From an uncultured delta proteobacterium (GTDB lineage Bacteria > Desulfobacterota > Desulfuromonadia > Desulfuromonadales > BM103), in contig CAVQRZ010000005.1 in NCBI GenBank assembly GCA_963715335.1, forward strand, positions 32,001 through 96,000: a stretch of DNA of 64,000 nucleotides, read 5' to 3'. The position numbers and the translations under genes are program-made. Below the pieces are notes generated by a model, which worked only from the letters and a program-made list of their open reading frames with translations, was not told where the DNA came from and did no database searches. The first letter of the stretch is position 1. The number at the start of each line of letters is the position of its first letter. Shown piece by piece: positions 12,470-23,119 of the stretch.

Positions 12470-12931
12470 GAATCAAACCTCCGGGCAATTGATCCTCTGT
12501 TACAGGTTTCCAGAGCCAAGCCAGCAGGCAAGTCAGGAGGATTGCCAGGGCACAGTCGCAGTCCCAGCATGACAACCCCATCCCCACCCAGGACGACAAA
12601 GATCAGGACGTCTTCGATCACGGCATGGCAAGTCGCCAAAAAAAGACCCGTCAGAAACAGTTCGCGGCGATCCATCTGCCCGGCGGCGGCAGAGCGAATG
12701 ATTATCCCGGCGCCGTAGGCGATGCCGAGGAAGACCCCGGTAAAGAGCGGCAAGACTGCCGATCGTCCCAGGCCAAGGCAGCGCATGACCGGTTCCGTTC
12801 GCGAGCCGATACTGTTGAAAGATCCGCATATGCCGCAAAAGTTCAAAGATCGCCACCAGGGGAACCACGATCAGGACCAGTTTGCCACACAGCATCAATC
12901 CGCCGAGGACGGCATCAAGCAAGGCTGTCAT
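12466..12931 (-). CDS. Nucleoside-recognition (Gate) domain membrane protein, frameshifted
   Basis: MTALLDAVLGG start joins GVFLGIAYGAGII...CHAVIED in another frame. Confidence 0.6.
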
Positions 12932-13392
12932 CCCGCCACCCCCAACCACTGCAGCCCCATCATCAGCCAGCCGGCAAGGACAGCGAGCAGAATGCGGCAG
13001 AGTGTCAGGACGCCACCGCGCGCTCCGGTGCTGCTCAGGACCCCTCCTTCAAGGACCAGGTTGTGCGCAATCCCCATCATAACGCCGCACTGCGTGACTT
13101 GCCAGGGAGTCAGGTCCAGGGGAGCCAGAACGGCGATCGCCGCATAGAGATTGATCAGGGCCGCAGCAATAAAGGCGAAGGCCGTCTCCCCGGGGAGTCC
13201 GAACAGGCCCATAAACGGCGCGCACCAATTACCCAGGTTGTCGATCAAACCGTAGGTTTTACATAAATCGACAACGATGTAGAGAGGCAGGACAAACTTG
13301 ACCATCCGGAAAGCCGTCCACCAGCCGTCGACCACACCGGTCCGTAACCGCTCGAGAAGGGGTGGAACCTGTTCTTCCTCTGTTATTTCCAT
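12928..13392 (-). CDS. Nucleoside-recognition (Gate) domain membrane protein
   Basis: PFMGLFGLPGE, NLYAAI and AHNLVLE motifs; hydrophobic. Confidence 0.7.
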   Translation of the reverse strand: MEITEEEQVPPLLERLRTGVVDGWWTAFRMVKFVLPLYIVVDLCKTYGLIDNLGNWCAPFMGLFGLPGETAFAFIAAALINLYAAIAVLAPLDLTPWQVTQCGVMMGIAHNLVLEGGVLSSTGARGGVLTLCRILLAVLAGWLMMGLQWLGVAG

Positions 13393-13450
13393 GTGTTAAT
13401 CGCTTTCTGTGCGGTTGACATCTCGGTTTACGGCCCCTATAGTGGCGCCT

Positions 13451-14173
13451 ATGAGAGCCATATTTCTTGCCGATGCACATTTGCGCAAACCCGGCGACCT
13501 CAATTACCGGATGCTGCTTGACTTTCTCGACGAACAGTGCGGCAGAACGGACATGCTGGTCCTGCTCGGCGATATCTTCGAGTTCTGGATCGGTAAAAGC
13601 AGCGTGATCGCCGAGCACGTCCCGTTGGTCGATGCCCTGGAGCGGCTGCATCAGTTAGGGACGAAGCTGGTGTACGTTGAAGGCAATCACGACTTCCACC
13701 TCGGGCCGGTCTTTACCCGGCGGCTTGAATGCCTGGTGTTCCCCGACGGCGGCAGCATCGATCTCGACGGCAAAAAGGTTTTTCTCGCCCATGGCGACCT
13801 GGCCAACCCCGATGACACCGGTTATCATCGGCTCCGCATGTTCTTCCGCAGCGGCCTGGTCCGTGTCCTGATCCGGACCCTGCCTAACTTCCTGTTGTTG
13901 AAGATCGCAGCCCGGGCCGGTTACGCAAGCAAAAAGAGTTATGGAGGGGGGCGCAACAGCTGGCCAGCCAGGGAGGTCCTGATTCCTTATGCCGAAAAGA
14001 TTCTCGCAACCGGTCAGCAGGCAATTGTCACCGGACACTTCCATCAACCTTTCCACGAAAGACTGGTCGATGGAGAGCTCATCGCCCTGGGTGACTGGAT
14101 CACGCAGTTCTCCTACGCCGTTTACGAAGACCATGCCTTTACCCTGACCAGCTATCAGGCGACGACGGCCTGA
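13451..14173 (+). CDS. lpxH: UDP-2,3-diacylglucosamine diphosphatase (metallophosphoesterase)
   Basis: ADAH, LGDIFEFW, GNHD, HGD, GHFH, LGDW. Confidence 0.8.
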   Translation: MRAIFLADAHLRKPGDLNYRMLLDFLDEQCGRTDMLVLLGDIFEFWIGKSSVIAEHVPLVDALERLHQLGTKLVYVEGNHDFHLGPVFTRRLECLVFPDGGSIDLDGKKVFLAHGDLANPDDTGYHRLRMFFRSGLVRVLIRTLPNFLLLKIAARAGYASKKSYGGGRNSWPAREVLIPYAEKILATGQQAIVTGHFHQPFHERLVDGELIALGDWITQFSYAVYEDHAFTLTSYQATTA

Positions 14174-15552
14174 GCAGCTTCATCAAACTGGTCCTCGCCC
14201 CGGTCATCTGCCTCTTCAACCCGTAGGACCAGATCGCGCAAGGTCATCCCTTCCAGGGCTTGCATCTCCGCATCACTCAAGATCCCTGCAACTTCGGCGA
14301 CGGCGACACGCTCAGGGGTATTGCGCAGATGGCTGTAATCGTCGCCATCAGCCGCCAGACTCCTGATCACATCATGCAGCCTGATCTTCTCCAGGGCACG
14401 GGCCGGCTGATATCCCGTACCTTCAAAGTCCTGGACGGTCTCGGTAATGAATCCCAACCTGACCAGTTCATCCAGAATCTTGCGCAACAGGCGTGACGGG
14501 ACATCCACTTGCTCCACAAGGTCGTCCTTGCCCATGGCGGGCTGCCCGAGGTAGAAGCGCCGGCCAACACAAAGCAGGACCATAAGGGCAATAAATTCGA
14601 GGCTGGCAAAATTGACCTGCGCACCACGGATATCTCGCCGGATGCTGCGCAGGTTCTGGGTGGCATAGGTCATCTCCAGGCCAAGCAGTACGATCATCCA
14701 GGAGAAGTAAATCCAGACCATCAAAACCGGCAGGGCCGCCAGGGTTCCGTAAATAGCATTGTAGCGCGCCACACCGACCTGGAAGCTCAGGTAAACCCAC
14801 TGGCTGATCTGCCAGAGCGTACCGCCAAACACACCGCCGATCAACGCTGCGCGGGGGCTCACCTTGACATTCGGCATAAACAGATAGAGGCCGGCGAAGA
14901 CCAGCCACATGACCATGAACGGCAGCACCTCGAAAAGCGCGATCAGCGCTTCACCGACATACTGGTGTTCGATCAACGTCTGGACCAGTAGCTGGCTCTT
15001 GACCGTGCTGGTCATGGAGATCGCTGCGACGACAAAGATCGGGCCGATCGTCACCACCGAAAAGTAATCAGTGAAGCGCCGCAGTAGCGGGCGGGTCTCT
15101 TTGACCCCCCAAACCCGGTTGAACGTTTCTTCGATGTTGGATAGCAGGGTCAGCACGGTGATCACCAGGAAGAGCAGGCCGTAGGTGCCGAGCCGTGCGA
15201 CGTTGGTATTATTGATGTATTTTACGATGTAGGTGACCACTGTGCCACCACCGACAGCAAGCTGCTTGAGCAGCAAGGTTTCAAGCTCATTCTGGACACC
15301 GAAGCCCTTGAGGACCGCAAACATCAGGGCGAGCAGCGGCACCAGCGAGAGCAAGGTCGTAAAAGTCAGTGCGGAAGCCCGCAACATGCAGCCGTCAGCA
15401 AAAAAGCCGCGCACGACCAAAGCCATAATCTGCACCTGGTTGAGCAGAAAGGTCCGCCACCAGCCTCGGTCGGCAGCGCTCATTTCCCAGAGATCCTGTG
15501 CAAAAAAATTGCGGCTGCGGTCGATAACTGTTCGCAAAGAGCCCACTCTCAC
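14155..15552 (-). CDS. YihY/BrkB family membrane protein with C-terminal winged-helix-like extension
   Basis: RASALTFTTLLSLVPLLA, IEETFNRVW, YNAIYGTLAALP. Confidence 0.85.
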   Translation of the reverse strand: MRVGSLRTVIDRSRNFFAQDLWEMSAADRGWWRTFLLNQVQIMALVVRGFFADGCMLRASALTFTTLLSLVPLLALMFAVLKGFGVQNELETLLLKQLAVGGGTVVTYIVKYINNTNVARLGTYGLLFLVITVLTLLSNIEETFNRVWGVKETRPLLRRFTDYFSVVTIGPIFVVAAISMTSTVKSQLLVQTLIEHQYVGEALIALFEVLPFMVMWLVFAGLYLFMPNVKVSPRAALIGGVFGGTLWQISQWVYLSFQVGVARYNAIYGTLAALPVLMVWIYFSWMIVLLGLEMTYATQNLRSIRRDIRGAQVNFASLEFIALMVLLCVGRRFYLGQPAMGKDDLVEQVDVPSRLLRKILDELVRLGFITETVQDFEGTGYQPARALEKIRLHDVIRSLAADGDDYSHLRNTPERVAVAEVAGILSDAEMQALEGMTLRDLVLRVEEADDRGEDQFDEAAQAVVA

Positions 15553-16994
15553 CTCACGATCCCGGGATTCTCATCCAGATCGACGTTTACCACCGGCAGA
15601 CCGATCTGTTCCAGCTCCACTCTAAACTCTTCAGAGTCGCCGACCAGGACAAGCTGCTGCCTGGAGAGATCGACAAATTCCCGCGCGACCCGCTGCACAT
15701 CGGCTGCCGTAACCGCGGCAATATTGTCACGGTAGCTGGCCAGGTAGTCTCCGGGATAACCGAAGAACGTCAGGGTCATCTGCTGGTTGACCACCGCATG
15801 CGTATTCTCGAAGCCGAACACAAAAGAGTTGATCTGACTCTCTTTGGCCAACTGCAACTCGTCTTCACTGACCGGGTTGTTCCTTAATTCGGTCATGATC
15901 TCACGCGTCAGCGTGACTACCGGCACGACCGATGCGTTCTTGGTTTCCGTTCCGGCAACGAACGGCCCCGGCAAACGCCGACCGATCTGGAAGTAGGAAT
16001 AGGCGGAATAGGCCAGGCCACGATTCGATCTGATCTCCCGCATCATGCGGGAGTTGAAGCCTCCGCCGCCGAGGATGTAATTGAAGACCCGCACGGCATA
16101 CTGGTCAGGATTGTCCTTGGTCAGCCCCAGGTCCCCGATCGCCACCGTAGTCTGCGGCAGGTCCTTGGTTACAACCTGCACCAAACCCGACCCAGGCCGG
16201 ACAACGGCCGGCATGATCTGTGCCGGAACTTCGCGCTGCTCCCAGTCGCCGAAATTTTGCTGCAGCAGCTGCAGCAGCCTGTCACGATCGAAGTCGCCGG
16301 AGACGGCCATCCAGAGCTCATTCGGGGCAAAATACATCTGCTGGAACTCAACCAGGTCCTGTTGTGAAATCTCCGCCAGTGTCTCAGGGGTCGGCGAATA
16401 GCCAAGGGAGCTGTCCGGATACAGCGCGGCCATCAGCAACCGTCTGGCGATCGCTCCCGGACTGTCATTCTGTCGCCGCACCTGTTCCTGGGCCTGCAGA
16501 CGTGCCAGCTCCAGGCGCTCCGCCGCGAAGCGGGGCCGACGCAGCATGTCTGCCAGAATCGCAACGCCATGCTCCAGGTCCTGTGCACGCAACGACAGGT
16601 CCAGCTGTGAGGTGTAAGTATCCATGCTGGCGCCCAGGTTGGCCGCAAGCTGGTCCAGGAAGTCGTCCAACTCCTCCGGGGTGCGATCCCCTGCCCCACC
16701 GGTACGCCAGGTACTGCCAAAAAGGTCGGCAAAACCGGTCTTCTCTTTTGGCGTCGTGATGTCACCGGCGCCGACCAGTGCCGTAATCTGCACCAGGGGC
16801 AATTCCTTGTCTTCCTTGAGGTAGAGGCGAATACCGTTGTCCAGAACCAGGGTTTCCACCTCCGGGAGCTGGAATTTCAGCACCGGATATTGCAGTTGAT
16901 CAGGGTGGCTCGGGAGCTGGTTGGCGCATCCGGCCAAAAAAACTATGCTTACAACAAGAGACGAGAAGACGCCGATTGAATGGAAGTATCTCAT
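15549..16994 (-). CDS. M16 family peptidase, non-catalytic subunit (lipoprotein)
   Basis: LAGC lipobox, LDNGIR, GGGFNSR..EIRSNRGLAY; HxxEH absent. Confidence 0.85.
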   Translation of the reverse strand: MRYFHSIGVFSSLVVSIVFLAGCANQLPSHPDQLQYPVLKFQLPEVETLVLDNGIRLYLKEDKELPLVQITALVGAGDITTPKEKTGFADLFGSTWRTGGAGDRTPEELDDFLDQLAANLGASMDTYTSQLDLSLRAQDLEHGVAILADMLRRPRFAAERLELARLQAQEQVRRQNDSPGAIARRLLMAALYPDSSLGYSPTPETLAEISQQDLVEFQQMYFAPNELWMAVSGDFDRDRLLQLLQQNFGDWEQREVPAQIMPAVVRPGSGLVQVVTKDLPQTTVAIGDLGLTKDNPDQYAVRVFNYILGGGGFNSRMMREIRSNRGLAYSAYSYFQIGRRLPGPFVAGTETKNASVVPVVTLTREIMTELRNNPVSEDELQLAKESQINSFVFGFENTHAVVNQQMTLTFFGYPGDYLASYRDNIAAVTAADVQRVAREFVDLSRQQLVLVGDSEEFRVELEQIGLPVVNVDLDENPGIVR

Positions 16995-18490
16995 AGCGCT
17001 GCATCCTCTCTCTGCAGCACCACAACCGTGCGGTTTGATTTCGTGAAGTACCGGTTGGCAACCTGCCGGAGATCCTCCGCAGACAACTTGTCGATCTCCG
17101 CCGGGTAGGTCACCAGGTAACGCCAGTCACCGGCAAGGGATTGATAGCTGGTCAGCAGCATCGCCAGTCCGGAGTTGCTCGTCAGCTGCCGAAGCTGGTC
17201 GGTCAACAGGCGGTTTCTGACTTTGGCCAGCTCCTCTGCGCCGACCGGTTCAGTCCTGAGTTTTTCGAGTTCGGCATAAATTGCCGATTCGAGCTCTGCA
17301 ACCGTGTGCGGATGGCGCGGGATACCCTCTATAACGAAGAGGTTGGGATAACGGGAACCCGGTGCGCCATACACGGAGACGGAGGTCGCCAGCTTCTGCT
17401 CCTCGACCAGGGAGCGGTAGAGTCTCGAGGTACGGCCGCTACCAAGGACCTGGTCGATCAGGTCGAAAGCGTAATCGTCTTTGTCGGGCATGGTCGGCTT
17501 GTGCCAGGCAATCGCCAGTCTTGGCTCGGCGTCAAACACCTCGATGATTCTCTTCTCCCCGCTCTGCTCAGGCTCCACGGCGGCCACTCCGGGGGCTGGT
17601 GTGCCGGGGGCAATATCTGCGAAATAGCGCTCGACCAGAGCCACCGCATCAGCGGCCCTGACGTCGCCGACCAGAGCGATCACGGTATTGACCGGTGCGT
17701 AATATTTCTCCAGGAACCCGCGGGTTTTCTGCGGGCTGAGGTTGGCAATATCAGAATGCCAGCCGATGATCGGGTTGCGGTAAGGGTGCACTTCAAAGGC
17801 ATTGGTCACGAGGCTCTCGTAGTGCTTGCGTGCCGGGTTGGTATCGTAGGATCGGCGCCGTTCCTCCCTGATCACATCCCGTTCGGTGTAGAACTCGCGC
17901 AGGACCGGGTTTTTCATCCGGTCCGACTCGATCATGGCCCAGAGCTCCAGCTTGTTGGACGGCAGAGAGATCAGGTATGTGGTCAGGTCCTTGCTGGTGA
18001 AGGCGTTGTAGCCGACGCCGCCATTTTCCGAGTAGAGGTTTGAGAAAACGTCCTTGACCACGTACTGCTTGTGTTCTGTCTGCAGGTCGGCCAGTTGCTT
18101 TTCCAGCGCGGCAACCTCCGCTGGATCGACATCGCTCTGCAATCGCAGGGCATCGAGCCGGCTGCCGACCCGTTCAATCTCTTCGAGTAAAGGTTTCTCT
18201 TTCGCGTAGTCCGTCGTGCCGAGAGTCCGGGTGCCCTTGAACAACATATGTTCCAGCAGGTGTGCCACTCCACGGGTCTCACTGGTCTCGTGTACCGAGC
18301 CAACCCCGAGGGTGATGTAGGCCGAGACGATCGGCGTATCATGACGCTCAACCACGAGCAAGGTGAGTCCGTTGCCAAACCGGTGTTCAAACACCTTATC
18401 CTCAAGTGTTGTGCTACCGAGAGCCATTCCCGGCAAGCAGAGCAGGAGTATGCTGAATATCACTACAAACGATCGATTCATTTTATTCAT
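16991..18490 (-). CDS. M16 family zinc peptidase, catalytic subunit
   Basis: GVAHLLEHMLFKGT (HxxEH), NAFTS, HPY; signal peptide. Confidence 0.9.
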   Translation of the reverse strand: MNKMNRSFVVIFSILLLCLPGMALGSTTLEDKVFEHRFGNGLTLLVVERHDTPIVSAYITLGVGSVHETSETRGVAHLLEHMLFKGTRTLGTTDYAKEKPLLEEIERVGSRLDALRLQSDVDPAEVAALEKQLADLQTEHKQYVVKDVFSNLYSENGGVGYNAFTSKDLTTYLISLPSNKLELWAMIESDRMKNPVLREFYTERDVIREERRRSYDTNPARKHYESLVTNAFEVHPYRNPIIGWHSDIANLSPQKTRGFLEKYYAPVNTVIALVGDVRAADAVALVERYFADIAPGTPAPGVAAVEPEQSGEKRIIEVFDAEPRLAIAWHKPTMPDKDDYAFDLIDQVLGSGRTSRLYRSLVEEQKLATSVSVYGAPGSRYPNLFVIEGIPRHPHTVAELESAIYAELEKLRTEPVGAEELAKVRNRLLTDQLRQLTSNSGLAMLLTSYQSLAGDWRYLVTYPAEIDKLSAEDLRQVANRYFTKSNRTVVVLQREDAAL

Positions 18491-18606
18491 TATCCTTACG
18501 TAAGGGAGTTGTCAATTTATGCTGCCCAATCCATTATAACCATGACGCGGCGATCGGTCGAGGTAGACATCTATTTTTTTAGATGTTTCATAATTCTTGA
18601 AAAATA

Positions 18607-20874
18607 TTAACAAAATCCCTGCGACGCGGCAACCGCGGCCTGCCCGAGGGCCAGGCCGCCGTCATTGGGGGGCACCAGGGAGTGGGTAAGAACTGTGAGC
18701 CCTGATTTCTCCAGGCGGGGGACCACCATCTCCGTCAAGAGACGGTTCTGGAAAACCCCGCCCGACAGGACTATCAGATTCAGACCGGTCCGTTGCTGCA
18801 ATTCGGCGCAGACCTCTGCAATCATCATGGCCAGGGTAAGGTGGAAACGGCCGGCAAGCTGATCTGCACCGACACCCGACAGATGGTCTTTAACAATCGA
18901 TTCGATCATCTGCGCCGGATCACAGATAATTTGATCATTCTGGTCTGATAACCGGTAAGGGTAGACAGTTGATTGACCCGGATCGGCGAGCATTTCCAGT
19001 TCCATCGCCGCCTGCCCTTCAAAGGAGACCACCTGGCGCAGGCCGATTATCGCCGCAACCGCGTCAAACAGCCGACCGCAACTCGAGGTAAGGGGCGCGT
19101 TGATCCCCCTGTCCATCGCCTGGGAAACCAGGTGCAACTCGTTTTCGGCAATCCCGGCAAAACACTTCAGCTCGTCGGGGATTTCGCCGAAAACCGACTG
19201 CAGGTAACTCAGCGCCATACGCCAGGGCTGCCTGGTCGCCAGGTCACCACCAGGCATCGGCTGGTAGCGAAGATGACCAAGGCGTTGATACTCCTTCAGG
19301 TCGCCGACCAGGAACTCCCCGCCCCAGATATGACCATCGGCGCCGTAACCGATCCCGTCGAAAATAATCCCGATGGCAGGCTCGCGAATGCCATGTTCTG
19401 CCAGGCAACTGGCCAGATGTGCGTGATGATGCTGTACGGCGACCGAGGGCAGCCCGCTCTCTTCCAGGGCATAGCGTGTCGAATAGTAGTCGGGATGCAG
19501 ATCGTGAGCGACCCGCTGCGGCACGACCTCGAGCAACCTCTGCAAGTGGCTGATCGTAGTCCGGAAAGATTCATAGACCTCGAGGTTTTTCAGGTCGCCG
19601 ACATGCTGGCTTAAAAAGGCACGATCGCCGCGGGTCAGGCAAACGGTATTCTTCAGCTCCGCGCCGACAGCCAGGACTGGACAGCTGTCTCCGGACAAGG
19701 CCACGCCCCGCGGGACAAATCCGCGTGAACGGCGCAGCAACAACGGCCGGTTTGCCATGACCCGGGCAATCGAGTCGTCGGTGCGGGTATAAATCCGCCG
19801 GTTGTGGCACAAAAATGCATCGGCAATCGTCGCCAGACGCTGCAACGCTTCATGATCCTCAAAAGCAATCGGCTCATCGCAGAGATTGGCGCTGGTCATG
19901 ACCAGGGCTTTAAAATCCTGCAGAAGCATATGATGCAACGGCGTGTACGGCAGCATTATGCCAAAGCAACGGTTACCTGGTGCGATATTTTCGGCAAGTC
20001 CGTGGCCGGGTCGTTTCCCCAGCAACACGATCGGTCGCTCAATGCCCTGCAGCAGGCGTGCTTCATCAGACCCAACGACAGCCAGCTCCCTCACCGCGTC
20101 AAGATCCTTTGCCATCAGGGCAAAAGGCTTCTCATCACGCTGTTTGCGCCGCCGCAGCTCGGCAACGGCAGCCTGGTTGAAAGCGTCCACGGCAAGGTGA
20201 TAACCGCCCAGCCCCTTGATTGCGACAATCTGCCCGGCGCCGAGACGGTGAATCGCGTCCTCCAGGGGATCGACGCAATCGAGGGTTGAGCCATCCAGGG
20301 CAACCAGCCGCAGCCGCGGGCCGCAGGCCGGGCAGGCGTTCGGCTGGGCGTGGAATCGACGAGACGTCGGGTCGTCATACTCCGCCTGGCAATCGGCACA
20401 CAACGGGAAATCCGCCATGGTGGTCAGCGCTCGATCGTAGGGGATGCCGGTGACTATCGTATATCGCGGCCCGCAGTTGGTACAGTTGATAAAAGGATAA
20501 CGATACCGTCGATCGGCTGGATCCAGGAGCTCGGCGAGGCAGTCGTCGCAGACAAAGGTGTCGGGCGCAACCTGGGCTCGACGGCTCTGATCGACGGCGC
20601 TCTGGAGAATTCGGAAACCGGCATCACCCCGTGTCGGGGTCTTTTCTATATCGATCGATTGAATCGTGGCCAGGGGGGGCTTTTCATCGCGCACGGCAGC
20701 AACGAACTGTTGCAGGAGGTTTTCTCCCCCTTCCACTTCTATGGTCACACCACGGCTGTCGTTGCACACCGAACCGGCCAGGCCGAAACGTTCTGCCAAC
20801 AGATAGACAAAGGGCCGGAAGCCGACCCCCTGGACGATCCCCTCAACAGCTATTTTATAGCGCAAATACTCCAC
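18607..20874 (-). CDS. hypF: [NiFe] hydrogenase maturation carbamoyltransferase
   Basis: GIVQGVGFRP acylphosphatase domain, four CxxC motifs, KGLGGYH, QHHHAH, PPNDGG. Confidence 0.96.
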   Translation of the reverse strand: MEYLRYKIAVEGIVQGVGFRPFVYLLAERFGLAGSVCNDSRGVTIEVEGGENLLQQFVAAVRDEKPPLATIQSIDIEKTPTRGDAGFRILQSAVDQSRRAQVAPDTFVCDDCLAELLDPADRRYRYPFINCTNCGPRYTIVTGIPYDRALTTMADFPLCADCQAEYDDPTSRRFHAQPNACPACGPRLRLVALDGSTLDCVDPLEDAIHRLGAGQIVAIKGLGGYHLAVDAFNQAAVAELRRRKQRDEKPFALMAKDLDAVRELAVVGSDEARLLQGIERPIVLLGKRPGHGLAENIAPGNRCFGIMLPYTPLHHMLLQDFKALVMTSANLCDEPIAFEDHEALQRLATIADAFLCHNRRIYTRTDDSIARVMANRPLLLRRSRGFVPRGVALSGDSCPVLAVGAELKNTVCLTRGDRAFLSQHVGDLKNLEVYESFRTTISHLQRLLEVVPQRVAHDLHPDYYSTRYALEESGLPSVAVQHHHAHLASCLAEHGIREPAIGIIFDGIGYGADGHIWGGEFLVGDLKEYQRLGHLRYQPMPGGDLATRQPWRMALSYLQSVFGEIPDELKCFAGIAENELHLVSQAMDRGINAPLTSSCGRLFDAVAAIIGLRQVVSFEGQAAMELEMLADPGQSTVYPYRLSDQNDQIICDPAQMIESIVKDHLSGVGADQLAGRFHLTLAMMIAEVCAELQQRTGLNLIVLSGGVFQNRLLTEMVVPRLEKSGLTVLTHSLVPPNDGGLALGQAAVAASQGFC

Positions 20875-21025
20875 AGGATGAGGATAACGGAAATAACCGG
20901 GAAATGCAGTTTGAAAATCAGGGGATGGTCATGAATATGTTGAGTTTCCCGGGTAATTTGAGAATTAATTATGCATGAGATTGAAGACCCTTTTCCCGTG
21001 GCTGAAACAGCCCTTCAATTAATTC

Positions 21026-21135
21026 AAAAAAAAGCCCCACGGTTCAGGAGGTAGAGAACCGTGGGGCAAATATTTCTTTTTAGGAGGTTTTGAAGAAGTT
21101 GTCTCTGGCCTGCCTGCCACAGCAGGCCTTTGATG
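21026..21135 (-). ncRNA. Candidate anti-SD (CCUCCU) small RNA 1
   Basis: Minus strand: ggcctgc..gcaggcc hairpin, ACUUCUUCAAAACCUCCUAAAAAGAAA, terminator gccccacggttc-UCUACCUCCU-gaaccgtggggc-U8; similar to 39880-39973; 5' end uncertain. Confidence 0.55.
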
Positions 21136-21419
21136 ATTGTTACTCTATCGAAGATATCAAAGGGAATAAACGTGGAGACTCGTATAATATCGATCGTAAC
21201 CTCACAAAACCCTACTGTGCATAACCACACTAAATCAATTGGTTCTGTTCGTTAATTGAGCTGATTTGAATCAAAAACAGAGCCTTCTGGTGTGCCCTTG
21301 TTCTTATTTTACGTTAATAATAGAGATTCGCCCCCTGTGTCAGCGTAGTTGTCGCCTGTAACTGAACTCAACAAGATTGGGGGCAGTCAAACTTACAGAG
21401 GCGCATAATTCTTACCGAG

Positions 21420-21487
21420 CCAGACAAATGGGCAAGCCACCCGTTTAAGGTGGACAAGCTTTTCAGAGCCGCTCTCTATAACGACAG
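21420..21487 (+). repeat. Degenerate ~100-bp repeat, copy 1 (internally deleted)
   Basis: ccagacaaatgggcaagccacccgtttaaggtggac...ctctctataacgaca. Confidence 0.5.
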
Positions 21488-21589
21488 ACAGAGGGGAGGA
21501 TTCAGTGGATTGTTGTTTCAGCGATGTTGTTGTCTCTGGTAAAATTCAAATACTTATTACTCCCCTCTGCGAAAAGGAAGGGTTCCTTT

Positions 21590-22006
21590 ATGCACAAGCA
21601 CTTATGGATTGGCCTGTTGGCTGTAGCATCGTTGTCACAACCGTCGATGGCTCCAGCCGTCGAAATTATAAAACCTGGGCTGTGGGAAATCATTACTAGC
21701 ATTGAGATCCCCGGGATACCATTTCAACAACCACCACAGACAGTGCGACATTGCGTCACTCCGCAGGAAGCTAAAGAACCTGAAAAATATCTGCCGCTAG
21801 GAAAAGACTGTAAGATCATCGACCTCAGGGCCTCTGCGACCAAGGTCAACTGGAAAGGGGAGTGCACCGGAGAGATCTCAGGCAAGGGCGAGGGGGAGGT
21901 CGAATACAAGAGTGATTCATCCTACGAAGGGATAACTAAGATTCAGACCCAAGGACTGATCTTTAACATGAAACACAAAGGGACGCGGGTCGGGGAATGT
22001 CCCTAA
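21590..22006 (+). CDS. DUF3617-like secreted protein
   Basis: Signal peptide, KPGLWEI, conserved Cys pattern, C-terminal GTRVGECP; AAGGAAGG RBS. Confidence 0.75.
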   Translation: MHKHLWIGLLAVASLSQPSMAPAVEIIKPGLWEIITSIEIPGIPFQQPPQTVRHCVTPQEAKEPEKYLPLGKDCKIIDLRASATKVNWKGECTGEISGKGEGEVEYKSDSSYEGITKIQTQGLIFNMKHKGTRVGECP

Positions 22007-22030
22007 GTTGGGCTTACAGATTATTAAATC

Positions 22031-22131
22031 TCCTGACAAATAGGAAAAGGTCACCCGTTTCAAGATGGCTTTCATCACGTGTATTGAAGAGCTTCCCAAT
22101 TGTCTCTATCAATAAGAAACTGTTTTTCGTC
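22031..22131 (+). repeat. Degenerate ~100-bp repeat, copy 2
   Basis: tcctgacaaataggaaaaggtcacccgtttcaagatggc...gtattgaagagc...tgtctctatcaataag...gtttttcgtc. Confidence 0.8.
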
Positions 22132-22237
22132 TTATAACCAGGGGGTTATGGGATTCGCCAAGAATATGGCAAGACTGTCTGGTGAATCTTGAAGAGTTTA
22201 TTTTTCGTAAAACATTTCCCTGACGGCTTGATTAACC

Positions 22238-23119
22238 ATGAATCCTCCATTTCCTGACCTTGGTCCCAAGATGTCCCGTCAAGCCGTTGGCTGGCTTGCT
22301 GTTTTCGGCTCAGCCTTTTTTTTCTATCTGGCCACTCTTATCATTCGTTGGTCTGCGAATCATGTAACCATTGGTTCTGCATATTTTGTTTTTGCACGCT
22401 TTCTGCTCGGCTTCGTCGTCGTTTCCGTATCCATGGTTGTGCAGAAGCAAAAGTTGCAACCCAAAAGATCCCATTTTCTTGTCGGCCGAATGGTAGCAAA
22501 TACCGTTGCTGTGTTCTGCTTTTACAAAGCAGTAGAGATGGGGGCGTTGGCTGAGGCCAATATCCTTAATATGACTTATCCTCTTTTTGTTGCGGTTTTC
22601 TCGTGGTTTTTTCTTAAGGGTCAACGCGACTTGTTCTCATCGATGATTGTCATGCTGGCCTTTGTCGGCGTCTGGTTGGTCCTTGCGCCGGGCGGCATCA
22701 GCTTCAGCCAAGCAAATCTGTGGGGTCTCGGCTCCGGGATAACAGCTGCAGTTGCGGTTCTTTACCTCAATATAAGCAGGCGCTACCACGACTCGCAGAC
22801 CATCTTGTTTTTTATGTTTGGGCCAGGCATGGTGATGATCCTGATATTCTTTCACAACGCCATCTTTTTGCCGAATGGCGAGGAGTTATTTTATCTGCTC
22901 AGCTGTTCGGTTGCTGGTGTGCTTGGTCAGTATTTATTCACTTATGGGTTTCTCTATGTCACTGCCGTGGAAGGCTCCATTATCTCTTCCAGTCGGATAC
23001 TGCTGGCAGCCCTGTTTGGACCATTATTAGTAGCAGACCCGGTACTGACAGTTTCAGGTTGGTGTGGAGCGTTGCTTATCTTTACTGCCAATGCGGCACT
23101 TGCTTTAAGGAGAGCTTGA
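22238..23119 (+). CDS. DMT/EamA family transporter
   Basis: About ten TM helices in two repeats; FARF, YPLFV. Confidence 0.85.
   Translation: MNPPFPDLGPKMSRQAVGWLAVFGSAFFFYLATLIIRWSANHVTIGSAYFVFARFLLGFVVVSVSMVVQKQKLQPKRSHFLVGRMVANTVAVFCFYKAVEMGALAEANILNMTYPLFVAVFSWFFLKGQRDLFSSMIVMLAFVGVWLVLAPGGISFSQANLWGLGSGITAAVAVLYLNISRRYHDSQTILFFMFGPGMVMILIFFHNAIFLPNGEELFYLLSCSVAGVLGQYLFTYGFLYVTAVEGSIISSSRILLAALFGPLLVADPVLTVSGWCGALLIFTANAALALRRA

Noticed and set aside
21398..21425. dif-like half site (ggcgcataa)
   Set aside because: No XerD arm (TTATGTTAAA-like) at the required 6-bp spacing.
21425..21470. c-di-GMP-I (GEMM) riboswitch-like look of ggcaagccacccg...ggtggac
   Set aside because: Lacks the GAAA loop on this strand, the GCAAA junction and the P3 stem; better explained as a repeat copy.
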